A stretch of DNA of 64,000 nucleotides, from positions 4,836,001 through 4,900,000 of the forward strand of contig OX597827.1 in the NCBI GenBank assembly GCA_951406725.2. Direction: 5' to 3'. This document shows, piece by piece, positions 1 through 12,313 of the stretch. The first letter of the stretch is position 1; every line of letters starts with the position of its first letter. This DNA is from Octopus vulgaris. Lineage: Eukaryota. A model generated the notes under the pieces. That model was not told the DNA's origin. It saw only the letters and a program-made list of their open reading frames with translations, and made no database searches. The translations under genes were made by a program, and so were the position numbers.

Positions 1-516
1 AAAATTTTCAGACATAAAACCAATACAACATCACAAATTGTCAGTTTTCATCTTTCTTTAAACTAATTTATCATTCAATACACAAATACTGCCAGAAATA
101 AAAGCTTACTTGATATATATATATGAAACAGATATTAAAACTCACATAATTCTTCTAGTGTCTAATCTTGCAGATATAACACATATAAACATTTACATAA
201 AAGAAGCAATATTAAATTTTCTTCTACTATCTTACACATACATAGACTGCAAAATGATTGTAAGAAATATGTTGTATGCGGATAGGTATCAAATGAAATA
301 AATATTGGTTTAGCTGTATTTAATAAGAGTATGTGTTGTATATATGTATATTTATTGAATGCATATGTATGTAGGTATAAAACTGTGCAGGTGTCGATTA
401 ATATCTCTCCTCTCTTGACCTCACTCTCTCTAACATACATACATAATTATATAGATATGAGTGTATGTATATATATATATATATATGGAGAAGATTGAAA
501 AGTAACACACGAGTTG

Positions 517-828
517 ATATATATGGAAAAAAGAGTCAAGGTAGAGAATGCTAAAATTATTTTATAAAAAGCATTTCAGTACCGGTTTCAATCAAACCCA
601 CAAGAGTAAACAAGAGAGACAGAGACAGGCAGATACAAGGAAAATGCCCCTTGTATTTGATTACTATGCAAATATTCTTTAAAAAAACATTTCTTTTAAT
701 TTTTCCAAAATTTAATTGTTTTCCATACTTACAGTTGAAAAAGTCTCAATGGCTGAAACCGGTACTGAAAGGTTTTTTTATAAAATTACTTTAGCATTTC
801 CTACCATGACTATTTTTTCCATATATAT
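517..828. repeat. Inverted repeat (about 74-bp arms, 517-590 and 754-828), probably a Penelope-like pLTR relic
   Basis: Left arm atatatatggaaaaaagagtcaaggtag...cagtaccggtttca is the approximate reverse complement of tgaaaccggtactg...ctaccatgactattttttccatatatat. The right arm overlaps a hammerhead-like motif. Confidence 0.7.
732..767 (+). ncRNA. Degenerate minimal type I hammerhead ribozyme motif
   Basis: cag-TTGAAAA-agtc tcaat ggct-GAAA-ccgg-TA-ctg. Stems I and II and a palindromic stem III are present, but the core has 2 mismatches to CUGANGA. Confidence 0.5.
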
Positions 829-845
829 ATATATATATATATATA

Positions 846-945
846 TCTTTCCTTCTTCCCTGAGCATCCAATAATACTATATACTTGTTCCATGTCCTCG
901 TGTTGTGTTTTCTCTTTGTGTTTTCATGTTTGGATTAACTATATA
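846..945 (+). repeat. Fragment of the dispersed repeat also found inverted at 49620-49830
   Basis: cctgagcatccaataatactatatacttgttccatgtcct...catgtttggattaactat matches the reverse complement of 49621-49705. Confidence 0.75.
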
Positions 946-2835
946 TACATACATATACATATATATGCAGAACATGTATACACATGTATAAATAGGTTTA
1001 TATATACGCATGTGTTTTTGTGGGAGTGTGTGTATATATATGTACTTTCATTTATACACATATATGCTTAAATATATATATATATATAAAGTCTCTTTCA
1101 AGACACAGTAGTCATTTTCCAATGTCCACTTATTACCAAGTGACTGGCAAAATTGAAAAAAAAACACATTCACAAGAGAAATAGGAGAACATACACAGAT
1201 TATGACCCTAATATTTATAAATTATCATTATCACGTGAGTATTTATTATATACACAGACACACATATGCATATATGCATATATATCTATTGACATACATA
1301 TTTCAATCTATATGTGTGTGTGTATGCATATGTACACTCACTCACACACACACTTACACACACACACACACACACATACACACACACGCATACACATATA
1401 TATGATATGTATTATACATATATATTTATGTATTAAATTAAATTTATATATATTTGTGTGTGCATGTATATATATTATATATATATGATATATACATATG
1501 CAATCTCTCTCTCTCTATATATATATATATGTATATATACAATGCTGAAAGAAAGAGAAATAATTTAAAAAATTTCTGATGGCATGAATTTGGCTAATTA
1601 AGTTAAATAGGGGTTTATTGACTGACATACAATAAATTTATTAAAATTTCTCACTAATTAAAAGACAGTAAACAGAAATATAATGGCTTTCATTACTGAC
1701 TCTTGAAAAGAAGGAGGACATAATTTTAGGAGATTAAAAATAGATTCTTGAGCAGATTTTCATGCTTGAGAAACTACATTTTGATCTTCTGTTGCAAATA
1801 GAGGAGTATAGACATGCCTATCAGTCTGTTTACTGACCTTATCAAGATTGTTCAGTCCCCTTTAGCCTACTAGTCTGCTTTTTGCAATTTTACATACAGC
1901 TATAGAGTTTTTCATCAAGGCTAATTTGCATAATTAAAAGTAAAAGTATTTTAAAGGAATAACATATATTGGCCAACAGCATGAAAATGAATTAGGACAG
2001 GCAAATTATGGTGTGAAATAAAAGAATGCCCTACATGATAACTTCTCAATTCACTGAAATCCCACCCACCCCCTGAGATAGAAATAGACAGAAAATAATA
2101 CTCATCTCAGGAAATAGAGATGCTTACACACAGAGAAAGAGAGAGAAATATGCACTTTAATGTAATCAAGTGATATATTCCTTGTTATGGCATAGAACAA
2201 ATCAGACAGTTACCATTGGTTGTATGCAATAACCAAGGATATACTACTTGACTTGCATAAAAGTATAACTGAACAAAATTTCTTTTAGAGGGGTTTTTTT
2301 TTCTGACTATGGACAACAGACCAACAGGTGTGTGTGTGTGTATGTGTATAGACAGATATTGATATAGATAGATACATATTGCTAAAAGTATTTACATATT
2401 CGTATAGTACAATTTAAAGCTTATATTGCACAGCAAGGAACCAGTATTTAGCAACGTGTATTCCCATGTGTGTTACTGTACTCTTACCAATTAATATCAA
2501 TCCAAACTTTATGTATGTCTTCAAGTACATGTAGAGAGTGTTTATAAGATAATTAGTTACATCATTTTATGAATATTTCATTAACAAAAAATTAATAGTT
2601 ACATAAGATAAATTACATAATCAAGATGTATCTCTACCTTGGTTATTTCTGTGAACAATTCAACAATCCAGTAGTGTTATGTGTAATGGTTATATGTAGC
2701 TGAAGATTTGACAACATATTTTGATAATGTAATTTATATTATGTAAATAATAATCATTTTTTTTTGTTAATCAAACATACATAAACTAGTGTAATTAAAT
2801 ATCATGTAGACAATCTCTTATTTTGTTTTATTTTC

Positions 2836-2872
<37 letters not shown>

Positions 2873-3054
2873 ACTCACATCTATACATACATAAGTATAC
2901 ACTCAAACATACATGTGTGTGTGTATACATGTGTTATAACCCATGCCAGCATGGAAACTGGGTGTTAAAATAATGATGCTTATATATGAATATATTTTCG
3001 TAGACATATATTTACTATATATATTTATACATATGTTATATACATATTGTATCT

Positions 3055-3482
3055 TTTATCTTTTACTTGTTCCAGTAACCAGATTGTGGCTATGCTGGAG
3101 CTCTGCTTTGAAGGGTTTAGTGTAACTAACCGGTCCCTGTACTTATTCTGTCAGCTTCTTATGCTGGGCTGCTAAGTCATGGGGAAGTAAACAAAGCAAT
3201 ACTGATTGTCAAGAAGTTGTAGAGGCCAAACACGAACACAATGACACACGAATATACACAAATATACATTTATATATATATGTGTGTACATTTATGCATT
3301 GATATATATGTATGTGTACAACGGCCTTCTGTCAGTTTCTGTCAACTAAATCTGACCACAAGACTTTGGTTAGCTTGGGGGCTATAGTAGAAGACACTTA
3401 CACAAGGTGCCAGTTTGAGGGACTGAACCCAGAACCATGTGGTTGGGAAGCAAATCTCTTACTACACAGCTAAACCTGTGCT
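3055..3482 (-). mobile_element. SINE family B, old copy
   Basis: Diverged match to 19763-20166 (ttttacttgtt..., gctatagtagaagacactt, gaaccatgtggttgg). Confidence 0.8.
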
Positions 3483-3489
3483 AATATAA

Positions 3490-3630
3490 TGGTTTCGAAT
3501 TTTGGCACAGGACCTGCAGTTTTTGAGAAGAGGGAGAAGTTGATTTCATCAACTACAGTACTTAATTGGAACTTATTGTACTGACTCCGAAAGGATGAAA
3601 GGCAAAGTCAACCTCAATGAAATTTGATAA
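3490..3630 (-). mobile_element. SINE family A, old partial copy with alternative tail
   Basis: ccgaaaggatgaaaggcaaagtcaacctc core plus ttttggcacagg tail. Confidence 0.75.
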
Positions 3631-4114
3631 AATGCATATAATAATAAATGCAATAATATATATAGATTGTGTGTGTGTGTGTGTGTGCATCTATGTGAAT
3701 GTATGTCATATACTCTCTGATGAACAACTATGTGTAATTTGGTTCCTGTAGGCAATTCTGTCCATTTTTTTTCATTGTCAGTGGGTATCTACTATATAAG
3801 GAATAATCATTTATAATTCTGTTTGCATTGTAGTAGCTTCTTAAATAGTTATTTTCAAATTCTGAAATGTTGCCATTGAATCAAATGGAAATATTTACCC
3901 TCTAGCTACCCTAGATCAAGCAAGTGATATCACAGTCTGAAAGCTGTCAAGTCACTTTGTAGTTATGTGATCATGGTTACTACATCACATTTGAAAGAAA
4001 TGTAGTTCAGTTCCTATTGGTGATTATGTCCAACTAATTCTGTCTGTAAGGAGCTTCTAGCCAGCTATAGCAAACTATTGTTTACAGTTCTGTTTGCAAT
4101 GGAGCTGCATCTAA

Positions 4115-4149
<35 letters not shown>

Positions 4150-4160
4150 TTATATCTATC

Positions 4161-4252
<92 letters not shown>

Positions 4253-4437
4253 TACACACACATACATATACATACACACATATATGTATGATTGTATGCA
4301 CACAAATTTATGTCTATAGATTGATATAAATTTCTACACTTGCATGCATGCAAATGTATGTGAGTGCATGTGTATACATACACACATGCATAAATCCATA
4401 TGACCCTAGATTAATGTACTAGTATACAAATGTGTAT

Positions 4438-4482
<45 letters not shown>

Positions 4483-4848
4483 AACATAAATGCCCCATAA
4501 TTGAATGAGATTTAAATTATGATGGATGTTTGTGATTATATCTAGAGAAAAATTTGAATTGTATACAACAAAATTTCTATTTCTGTGTATATGTCATTAT
4601 ATATTTGTATGTGCATTTTCCTCAAATACAAAAATGCATTCAAACAAATCTACATTTGAAAATGATAACGTTATGTGATACATATATATTCATACTCAGT
4701 GACTGTCAAAAGAAAATGTTTTATCAATCTACTCATCATTATCTTTCTCTTTTACTCCCTGTCAATAGTCTCTAGTAACATATGTATGTACACACACACA
4801 CATGTTTACATATAAGTATGTATGTGTGTGTGTGTATATGTGTATATG

Positions 4849-4887
<39 letters not shown>

Positions 4888-4920
4888 ATGTATGTATATA
4901 TATATATATCTATATCTATC

Positions 4921-4951
<31 letters not shown>

Positions 4952-5064
4952 CTATATATATATATATATAAATATATATATTCACACACATGCACTCATA
5001 CAAACATACATGCAGTTTAAAATATATGTCATGAATATACATTATATTATCTTCATCATTTGTT

Positions 5065-5408
5065 GCTTACTCGTTTCAGTTATTGGACTTTGGCCATACT
5101 GGAGCTCTTCCTTAAAGTGCCCCTTAAAGAAATAGATCTGTGTTCATTCTATTGGTTTCTTTTGCTGAAGCCTTAAGTTACAGGGACACAAACAAGGGAA
5201 CATTAGTTTTCAAACAGTGGAGCCAGTAGTATACATGCGCGTGTGCATGTATACACACCATGGTCTTCAACACATTTTCCATTTAACAAATTTATTTGCA
5301 AAGCATGGGACTATATTAGAAGAAACTTGCCTGTGATGCTGTGCTGTGGGATTGAACTTGAACCCAGTAGCTGTAAAGTGGGCTTCTGAACCACACAGCC
5401 ATGCCTGC
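5065..5408 (-). mobile_element. SINE family B, highly diverged copy
   Basis: gtttcagt...tggccatactggagc tail and aaccacacagccatgcctgc head. Confidence 0.65.
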
Positions 5409-5947
5409 TTCTATATATATATAGATATATTTGTATGCACACACACAGGCACACACATTTTTATACATTAATATCATCAGACATAGGTGCTCACATTCAT
5501 AATTATAATGTTATGCCAATAAGCCATTTAAAGAGAATTATATTCACACATCCACACAAACAAATGTTTATAAGTTCAGAGACATATACTAATACACCTA
5601 TACGGTAGTAAGTTAGAAACTTGTGCATAAACAGACTCTCTCCCATGCACAAATACACACAAACTCATACAAAGACACATACACGTGTTTATGTATGTAC
5701 ACATGAATAGATGTATGTGTAAGCATATGTTTGTGAGTGAGTTTATATATATATGCACACACACACATATTTATGTATATATATATATATATATGTGTGT
5801 ATATACACACAAACATACATATATATGCACATGAATATATAAATGTATATATACATGTGTGTGTATATGTGTGTATATACACAATACTCACATTTATATA
5901 CATGCATATATATAAATCTATCTATCTATCTATATATACATATATAT

Positions 5948-5978
<31 letters not shown>

Positions 5979-5991
5979 ATATGTATATATA

Positions 5992-6027
<36 letters not shown>

Positions 6028-6577
6028 GATATATAAATGTTTGTATGCATATATATATGTGTGTGTGTGTGTATATGTATACATATATATATATATGAAT
6101 GTATATACATACACACACGCATATACATACACATGTACACACACTAACACATGCTTATATATGAATGTATGTATGTATATACATTATAATGCAGGTGAGG
6201 CTTTGACTTTTCTCTGAGTAATTTTGCTTATATATCAAAACAAACAGATATACAGTTTAACTCACATAGCTGCAGCAACTAATTCATATACTCAAAGAAG
6301 AATAAATATACATAAACATATATTACTTCTAATACTTTATATAATGTTACTAGATGCTATTCAATTCACATATTATTCTATTCTGTTTTTCTCTTTTGAA
6401 AGTATGTAATATTCTTTTAAAAAATTTAAAAGTGTGTTTAAACAAAACCACAAAGCTAAATTAATTAGTATTTCTGGAAGCAAAAATTGTTTTCCCGTGT
6501 ATCAAAGTAAGATAGAAAATTGTAAAACAAAGAAATATAAAAAAAAACAACTCTAAGAAATTTAAACATTAGCTTAC

Positions 6578-6824
6578 CAATATATGAAAAGCTTTCACAA
6601 TGTATCATTTGATGTGAATCCTACTGTCGGGTTGTTCTGTTACTGCTGCTGATATTGTGTGCCAACGGTACTATGGAAGCCTGGTCTGTGATAGTGTGTT
6701 ATGAAAGAGAAGTCTGCAATCCTAGCAAGTTGGTGGGGTGTAGTATATAATATCTGCTGTAGCCAATGACAGGCTTTTACTGGTTCCCATGGAAGGGATA
6801 CGGAAATACTAGCTCAGATTTCAG
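6578..6824 (-). other. Candidate spliced exon (non-coding or 5' UTR) of a minus-strand transcript
   Basis: Unique, non-repetitive island bounded on the minus strand by ...ccacttatacgcag| and TTG|GTAAGC. All three frames contain stops. Only a terminal ATG-initiated MIHCESFSYI stays open to the donor. Confidence 0.4.
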
Positions 6825-7007
6825 CTGCGTATAAGTGGATTTAATGAAATGATGAGTCAGTTATAATTGTTTATGGACACATATATACACACAGACACAC
6901 ACACACACACACATATATATTGCATATATATCAATATCCTGTACATATCTATATCATAAACATATATACATAAATGTGTGTGTATACATACACACACACA
7001 CACATGC

Positions 7008-7040
<33 letters not shown>

Positions 7041-7057
7041 CACACACACAAATGTAT

Positions 7058-7277
7058 ATCATCATCATCATCATTTACTGTCAACTTATCCAGTGTTGCA
7101 TGGGTCAGACAAATTTTGTTGGGGCAGATTTACCTTAGCTGGATACTCTTTCTGTGGCCAACCCTCATCTATTTCTAAGCAAGGTAATATTTATCCCTGG
7201 CTGAACATGTTTTCATGTATGATTGGAAATGAATAATGCCATAGCAAAATGGTGATGTTTAGATTATGAGAGAGAGA

Positions 7278-7315
<38 letters not shown>

Positions 7316-7470
7316 GTGCTTCTTTCAGTTTTCATCAAGCAAATCCACTCACAAGTGTTTGGTTGTCCTGACACTATAGCACAAGACACTTGCCCAACAT
7401 GTCAGACAGTGGGATTGAACACAAAACAATGTATTTGAAAATCAAGCTTCTTAATCAGAAAGCCATGGGA
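7058..7470 (-). mobile_element. SINE family B head joined to an RTE-like (ATG)n tail
   Basis: 7315-7470 matches the family B head (aaatccactcacaag...gacacttgcccaa). 7058-7260 is a different tail ending in (CAT)n on the + strand. The same arrangement occurs at 10590-11390. Confidence 0.6.
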
Positions 7471-7800
7471 CAGAGCCCATGGTGTTTGCAGGCCCTCTGA
7501 GACTGGTGAGATCGATGCTGTTAGTGCTCTGTTTAAATGGGTGGATGTCAGCATCTTTGGAAAAGCACAACCAGGGAGGAGATTACAGATGATGATGCAT
7601 CGAGGTGCAGTGGTATTGGAGTAGCAATGGAAAACTCAGCACGGGGTTGAAAGGAATTATATATATGTGTATGTGTGTGTGTGTGTGTGTGTGTGAGAGA
7701 GTGAGAGAGGGAGAGAGTCTTTGGGAGTTGATTTGTTCAACTAAACCCTTTCAAAGCAGTGCCCCAGCATGGCTCCAGTCCAATGAATGCAACCAGTGAG

Positions 7801-7835
<35 letters not shown>

Positions 7836-7895
7836 CATACAAAAAAAAAAAAATATATATATATATATATAATACAAACACACACACACACACAC

Positions 7896-7966
<71 letters not shown>

Positions 7967-10917
7967 TATGACTGTTTATCAATAAGTGTTATTTAGATCT
8001 TCAGCAAAGAATATTGACTAAGTATAAATTGCAATAATGTCTTTCCTGTTGTTGTTGTTATTATTACATAAAAAAAATTGTCTTTGGTAAATTCAATAAC
8101 TTAGATGAGGTATTTATTATTCTCTTTCCACCAGAAAGTATTCAAAATAAAGTTATAACACTATTATTATAGTTTGATGTTCAGTTTCTGAAATGTCTTC
8201 TTTTATTCTTCCCTACAAAAATGATATATCAATTACCAAATGTTGCTTACTATGACACTATGGTAGAAATAATACATTGGAATAGTTTTTTTTTTTTTTG
8301 TTGCTTCCTCATGACAAGCATAGAATCAGAAGCTTTTAAGGATATATGAGGGTTGTGATGTTTATGAATTTTCCCCCCAAATCATCTTTTAAAGGGCAAG
8401 AAATAGCTTCAATCTGGAATGGAACAGGTTAAATGGAATTTCCCTCACCAGGAGTTTACCAGTATTCTATAGCATTTGTACATTTAATTTTTACTACAAT
8501 ATATTAACTAAAGTAAATTTCTTTTCACAAATATTTTTTTAAAATTTGAACTTTATTTTACTAGTAACTCACAACCTGTTAAGTTTCTTTCCAATTTTAA
8601 GCATAGTGGTGAATATATAGCAGTTTGTACATACTGAGCTGTGACCTATGGTGGAGACACTTTGACTGCACTTGCTTAGCTCGCCTAAATGTAATTACGT
8701 GCTTTATGAATGCACTACTCACATTTCAAAGTTGTAGCAGTATACGTAATTGATGAGTATTTCCTTAGATTGTAATACCTAGTTTAAAATTGTCTCTTGA
8801 GAATAGCTTGTAATGGGTCAGGCTCCATGAGTCTGATTAGTTTGGACATACTGTTGTGTGTGTGTGTGTGTGTGTGTATTGTTAAAAGGAAAGGGCAGAG
8901 CTTGTTAATGTATACAGAGACCCCGTGACTGGCAGAAGTGAGAGAGGAAGTATCCTCAAACAAGAGACCTATCCCAAATGCTTGCAACAGAGTGGACACA
9001 GCAGAAGGTAAACAAGGTACTAGGTTGTGATGTTCAACTGGCTGCCAAATTAAGTATACCACCTAAGTAGGTCTTGGTGAGGTTTGAACTCAGAAGGCAA
9101 ATATCCCAAATAAAACACAACATATCCTCTCCACTACACAAACAGTTCAACCACTCTGTACCCCTGGAGTAGTACTTTATTTTATAAACCTCAGAAGGAT
9201 AAAAGGCAAAGTTGATCTTGGCTGGATATGAATTCTGAACATAAGGTACTAGAATAAATATAATGTTTTTCACCTTTTAATGACTCAGCCAATTCACAAC
9301 CAATATCTGAACCAGCTGGTCTTGTGGAAAGGACTTGGAAATGGCTTGGCTTGTAACATTAAAATGTAAGTCTTCTCATGGTATATGTTTTCTCAAAATT
9401 AAACAAACAAATGAAATTAATTAAATTTGAGTCAGTTTTACTAGAAAGAACATGCAACCACTAAAACGGGACAAAATATGATGAAATAATTTCTGTACCT
9501 TCCAAATTTAAACTTCAAAAGAATACTCTGACCTTGGCAAAGGAAAAAACATGAACTGAAAAATTTTGATGGTATTCTTATTTCTTTATGCGATTTTACT
9601 TTTCTTTTTCGTTTTATTCTTTACTTGATTTAAAATGAAAAAATATCCTGAATATACAATTTACAATTCAGGGATAATCTGTTAGCTTATACTGATAAAA
9701 ACAAACATGCAGAAGCATGTTTAGAGATATCATTATAGAAGGAAAATATGAAATTTTAAATAAATTTTAGATTTAATTAAATAAACATAACATATGGAGG
9801 AAAAAATTTTCTTTTTTACTTTATCACATGCTTCACTATCTTCCACCAAAAGAATTGGAACAGCTCAATCATATTGCTCTCATGAGAAATATAGAAAGTA
9901 ACAACCAACACAGGAATTTTGACTGCATGACAATGGTCATGGGATGTTGAAGTAAAAGACAAATCATCATGATTCTTCAGTAGAAGAAGAATGTACCATA
10001 TGTGTATGTCCAACTCACATTTTACGATGCACAAACACTGACAAAAAACAGAAAAAGAGCCAGAAAACAATATTCATTTCTCATACCACTTGAAATGATT
10101 ATTTTCAAGAAATCTTAATATCAATTATATCTAATTCTCTGTTGGATTTAATAAAAGAAAGCAGTCTCTTGCATTCATTACAATTTCATAGTAGTTATTA
10201 TAAGAGAGACAAAAAAGAATTTTCTCAAAGTAACATGTAGATAAATGGTCCATATGGGGACTTTGTTGGACATAACACAACTTTTAATTTCTTTATCAGA
10301 TATTCAACTTAATTTTACTTTTGAGACCCAAACACTATATTTTTCCAGTTTGATACACAACTTTAAGTGTTCAGTTGAGTAGCTTATTAATTAACTTGTC
10401 AGAAAACACCAAAATTAATGACTATTAATTTAAATGACATCACGTTTTTCTGGGTCTACAAGACATTTTATCGTATAGTTATATTTGATATGATAAACTG
10501 ATAAACTTCAGTTTATATTATTCGGTCTTATTTTATCAAAAACAAAATGGAACTACTTAATCAGTATATTGCAAAGAATCCGGTTTTATAATCCGTCATC
10601 TTCGTCATTTTTATGTCCACTTGTTCCTTACTAGTATGAATTGGTTCAGACTTTATTGAGACAATATTCTATGGCCAGGTGCCCTTTCTTCTACCATTCT
10701 TTAAATTGTTTCCAAGTAAGAGTTGACAATGAATCAAATAACTGCTAGACGTGTTTTTACAAAAGTAAACGTTGACATCACTTAAGTAGTGACATTGTTT
10801 TACACTTTAAGCATGTAAACAGAAAAAAAGACACACATGCACACACAGCAGATTTCTATTCACTTTATGTTTAACAATTCAAAAACTGTTGGTTAGCTTG
10901 AGGTTTAGTAGAGAACA

Positions 10918-11308
10918 GTGGAGGCACAATGGCCCAGTGGTTAGGGCAGTGGACTCACGGTCGTAGGATCGCGGTTTCGATTCCCAGACCAGGCGTTGTG
11001 AGTGTTTATTGAGCAAAAACACCTAAAAGCTCCACGAGGCTCCGACAGGGGATGGTGGTGATCCCTGCTGTACTCTTTCACCACAACTTTCTCTCACTCT
11101 TACTTCCTGTTTTTGTTGTACCTGTATTTCAAGGGGCCGGCCTTATCACTCTCTGTGTCACGCTGAATATCGCTGAGAACTACGTTAAGGGTACACGTGT
11201 CTGTGGAGTGCTCAGCCACTTACACGTTAATTTCACGAGCAGGCTGTTCCATTGATTCAGATCAACCGGAACCCTCGTCGTCGTAACCGACGGAGTGCTT
11301 CCACACAC
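10918..11308 (+). mobile_element. tRNA-derived SINE family C, full length, inserted in an old family B SINE
   Basis: A box tggcccagtgg, B box ggtttcgattccc. 11-bp TSD agtagagaaca (10907-10917) / agtagaggaca (11309-11319). Confidence 0.9.
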
Positions 11309-11899
11309 AGTAGAGGACATTTTCCCACTGTTTCACAGCAGGAATAAATCTAGAACTGTGTGATCACTAAGTGAATTTCTTAACCATTTTTGTATGTTTC
11401 TGGGACATTATTTCACCAGCAACTATTGATTGGACAATCAGCACCAATAGATTGTTTCATTTCATGCTATAGTTTTAATTTGCATCTTCTATAAACTTCT
11501 AATTATTTTAAGAAATCATGTTATTACATGCAAAGTGTGTGTGTGTGTGTATAAGGTCCTGGCACTTACAAGGCTAACAAAAAACTTGATATTTGTTCAA
11601 ATCAAAATTCCCTTAGAAAGAAGTGGACTCACTCTACAATCTAATAAACTACATTAGATAAATGCTTGATATGATGGGTTGTTGTTCCACCCAGATACTA
11701 GCAGTACCTAGATGGTCTTGGCTATGTGAGAGTCAAATATCCTGGTTAGGAACACACCATAGTGCTATTGTCAGGATACAAACTGCTAACTTCTTGATTA
11801 GTCATCTGCTATTCTATCCATTTCAATGTCTGTGCTTTCTGTTAAAGATACTTGTAAAGAATGCTTTTATATATATATATATACATACTCAAAAGTACC

Positions 11900-12313
11900 T
11901 TGGATTGTAGGGCAAACTGCTGTTCTTGAGGAGACCTATTGAGTCAAGTACATCAACATCAAAATGAAAATCAAATGGAAATTGTAGTTGTGATATCCAT
12001 GCTAGTGGCATATAAAAAGCACCATCTGAACATGGCCGATGCCAGCGACGCCTTGACACGCTTCCATGCTGGTGGCACGTAAAAAGCACCAACTGATTGT
12101 GGCCATTGCCAGCCTCCCCTGGCCCCTGTGCTGGTGGCATGTAAAATGCACCCACTACATTCACGGAGTATTTGGCATTAGGAAAGGCATCCAGCTGTAG
12201 AAGCACTGCCAGATCAGACTGGAGCCTGGTGCAGCCTCCTGGCTTCCCAGATCCCCATCGAACCGTCCAACCCATGCTAGCATGGAAAACGGACGTTAAA
12301 TGATGATGATGAT
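11900..12313 (+). mobile_element. RTE-clade LINE 3' end (last codons, 3' UTR and (ATG)n tail)
   Basis: gctgttcttgaggagacc (AVLEET, ORF end), repeated ggtggcacgtaaaaagcacc units, aacccatgctagcatggaaaacggacgttaaatgatgatg. Confidence 0.8.

Noticed and set aside
4078-6150. Numerous YI/CV/HT-rich ORFs here and at 51178-51723, 58884-59619 and 62900-63333
   Set aside because: Translations of TA/CA/TG microsatellites.
6613-6750. Plus-strand signal-peptide-like stretch (CRVVLLLLLILCANG...)
   Set aside because: Preceded by an in-frame stop, with no upstream ATG or acceptor.
8688-8752. aattacgt...acgtaatt flanked hairpin, possible pre-miRNA
   Set aside because: Internal pairing is too irregular and I recognise no miRNA.
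10918-10995. tRNA gene
   Set aside because: A and B boxes are present, but the sequence continues into a SINE body flanked by a TSD. The same applies to the family A and B heads.
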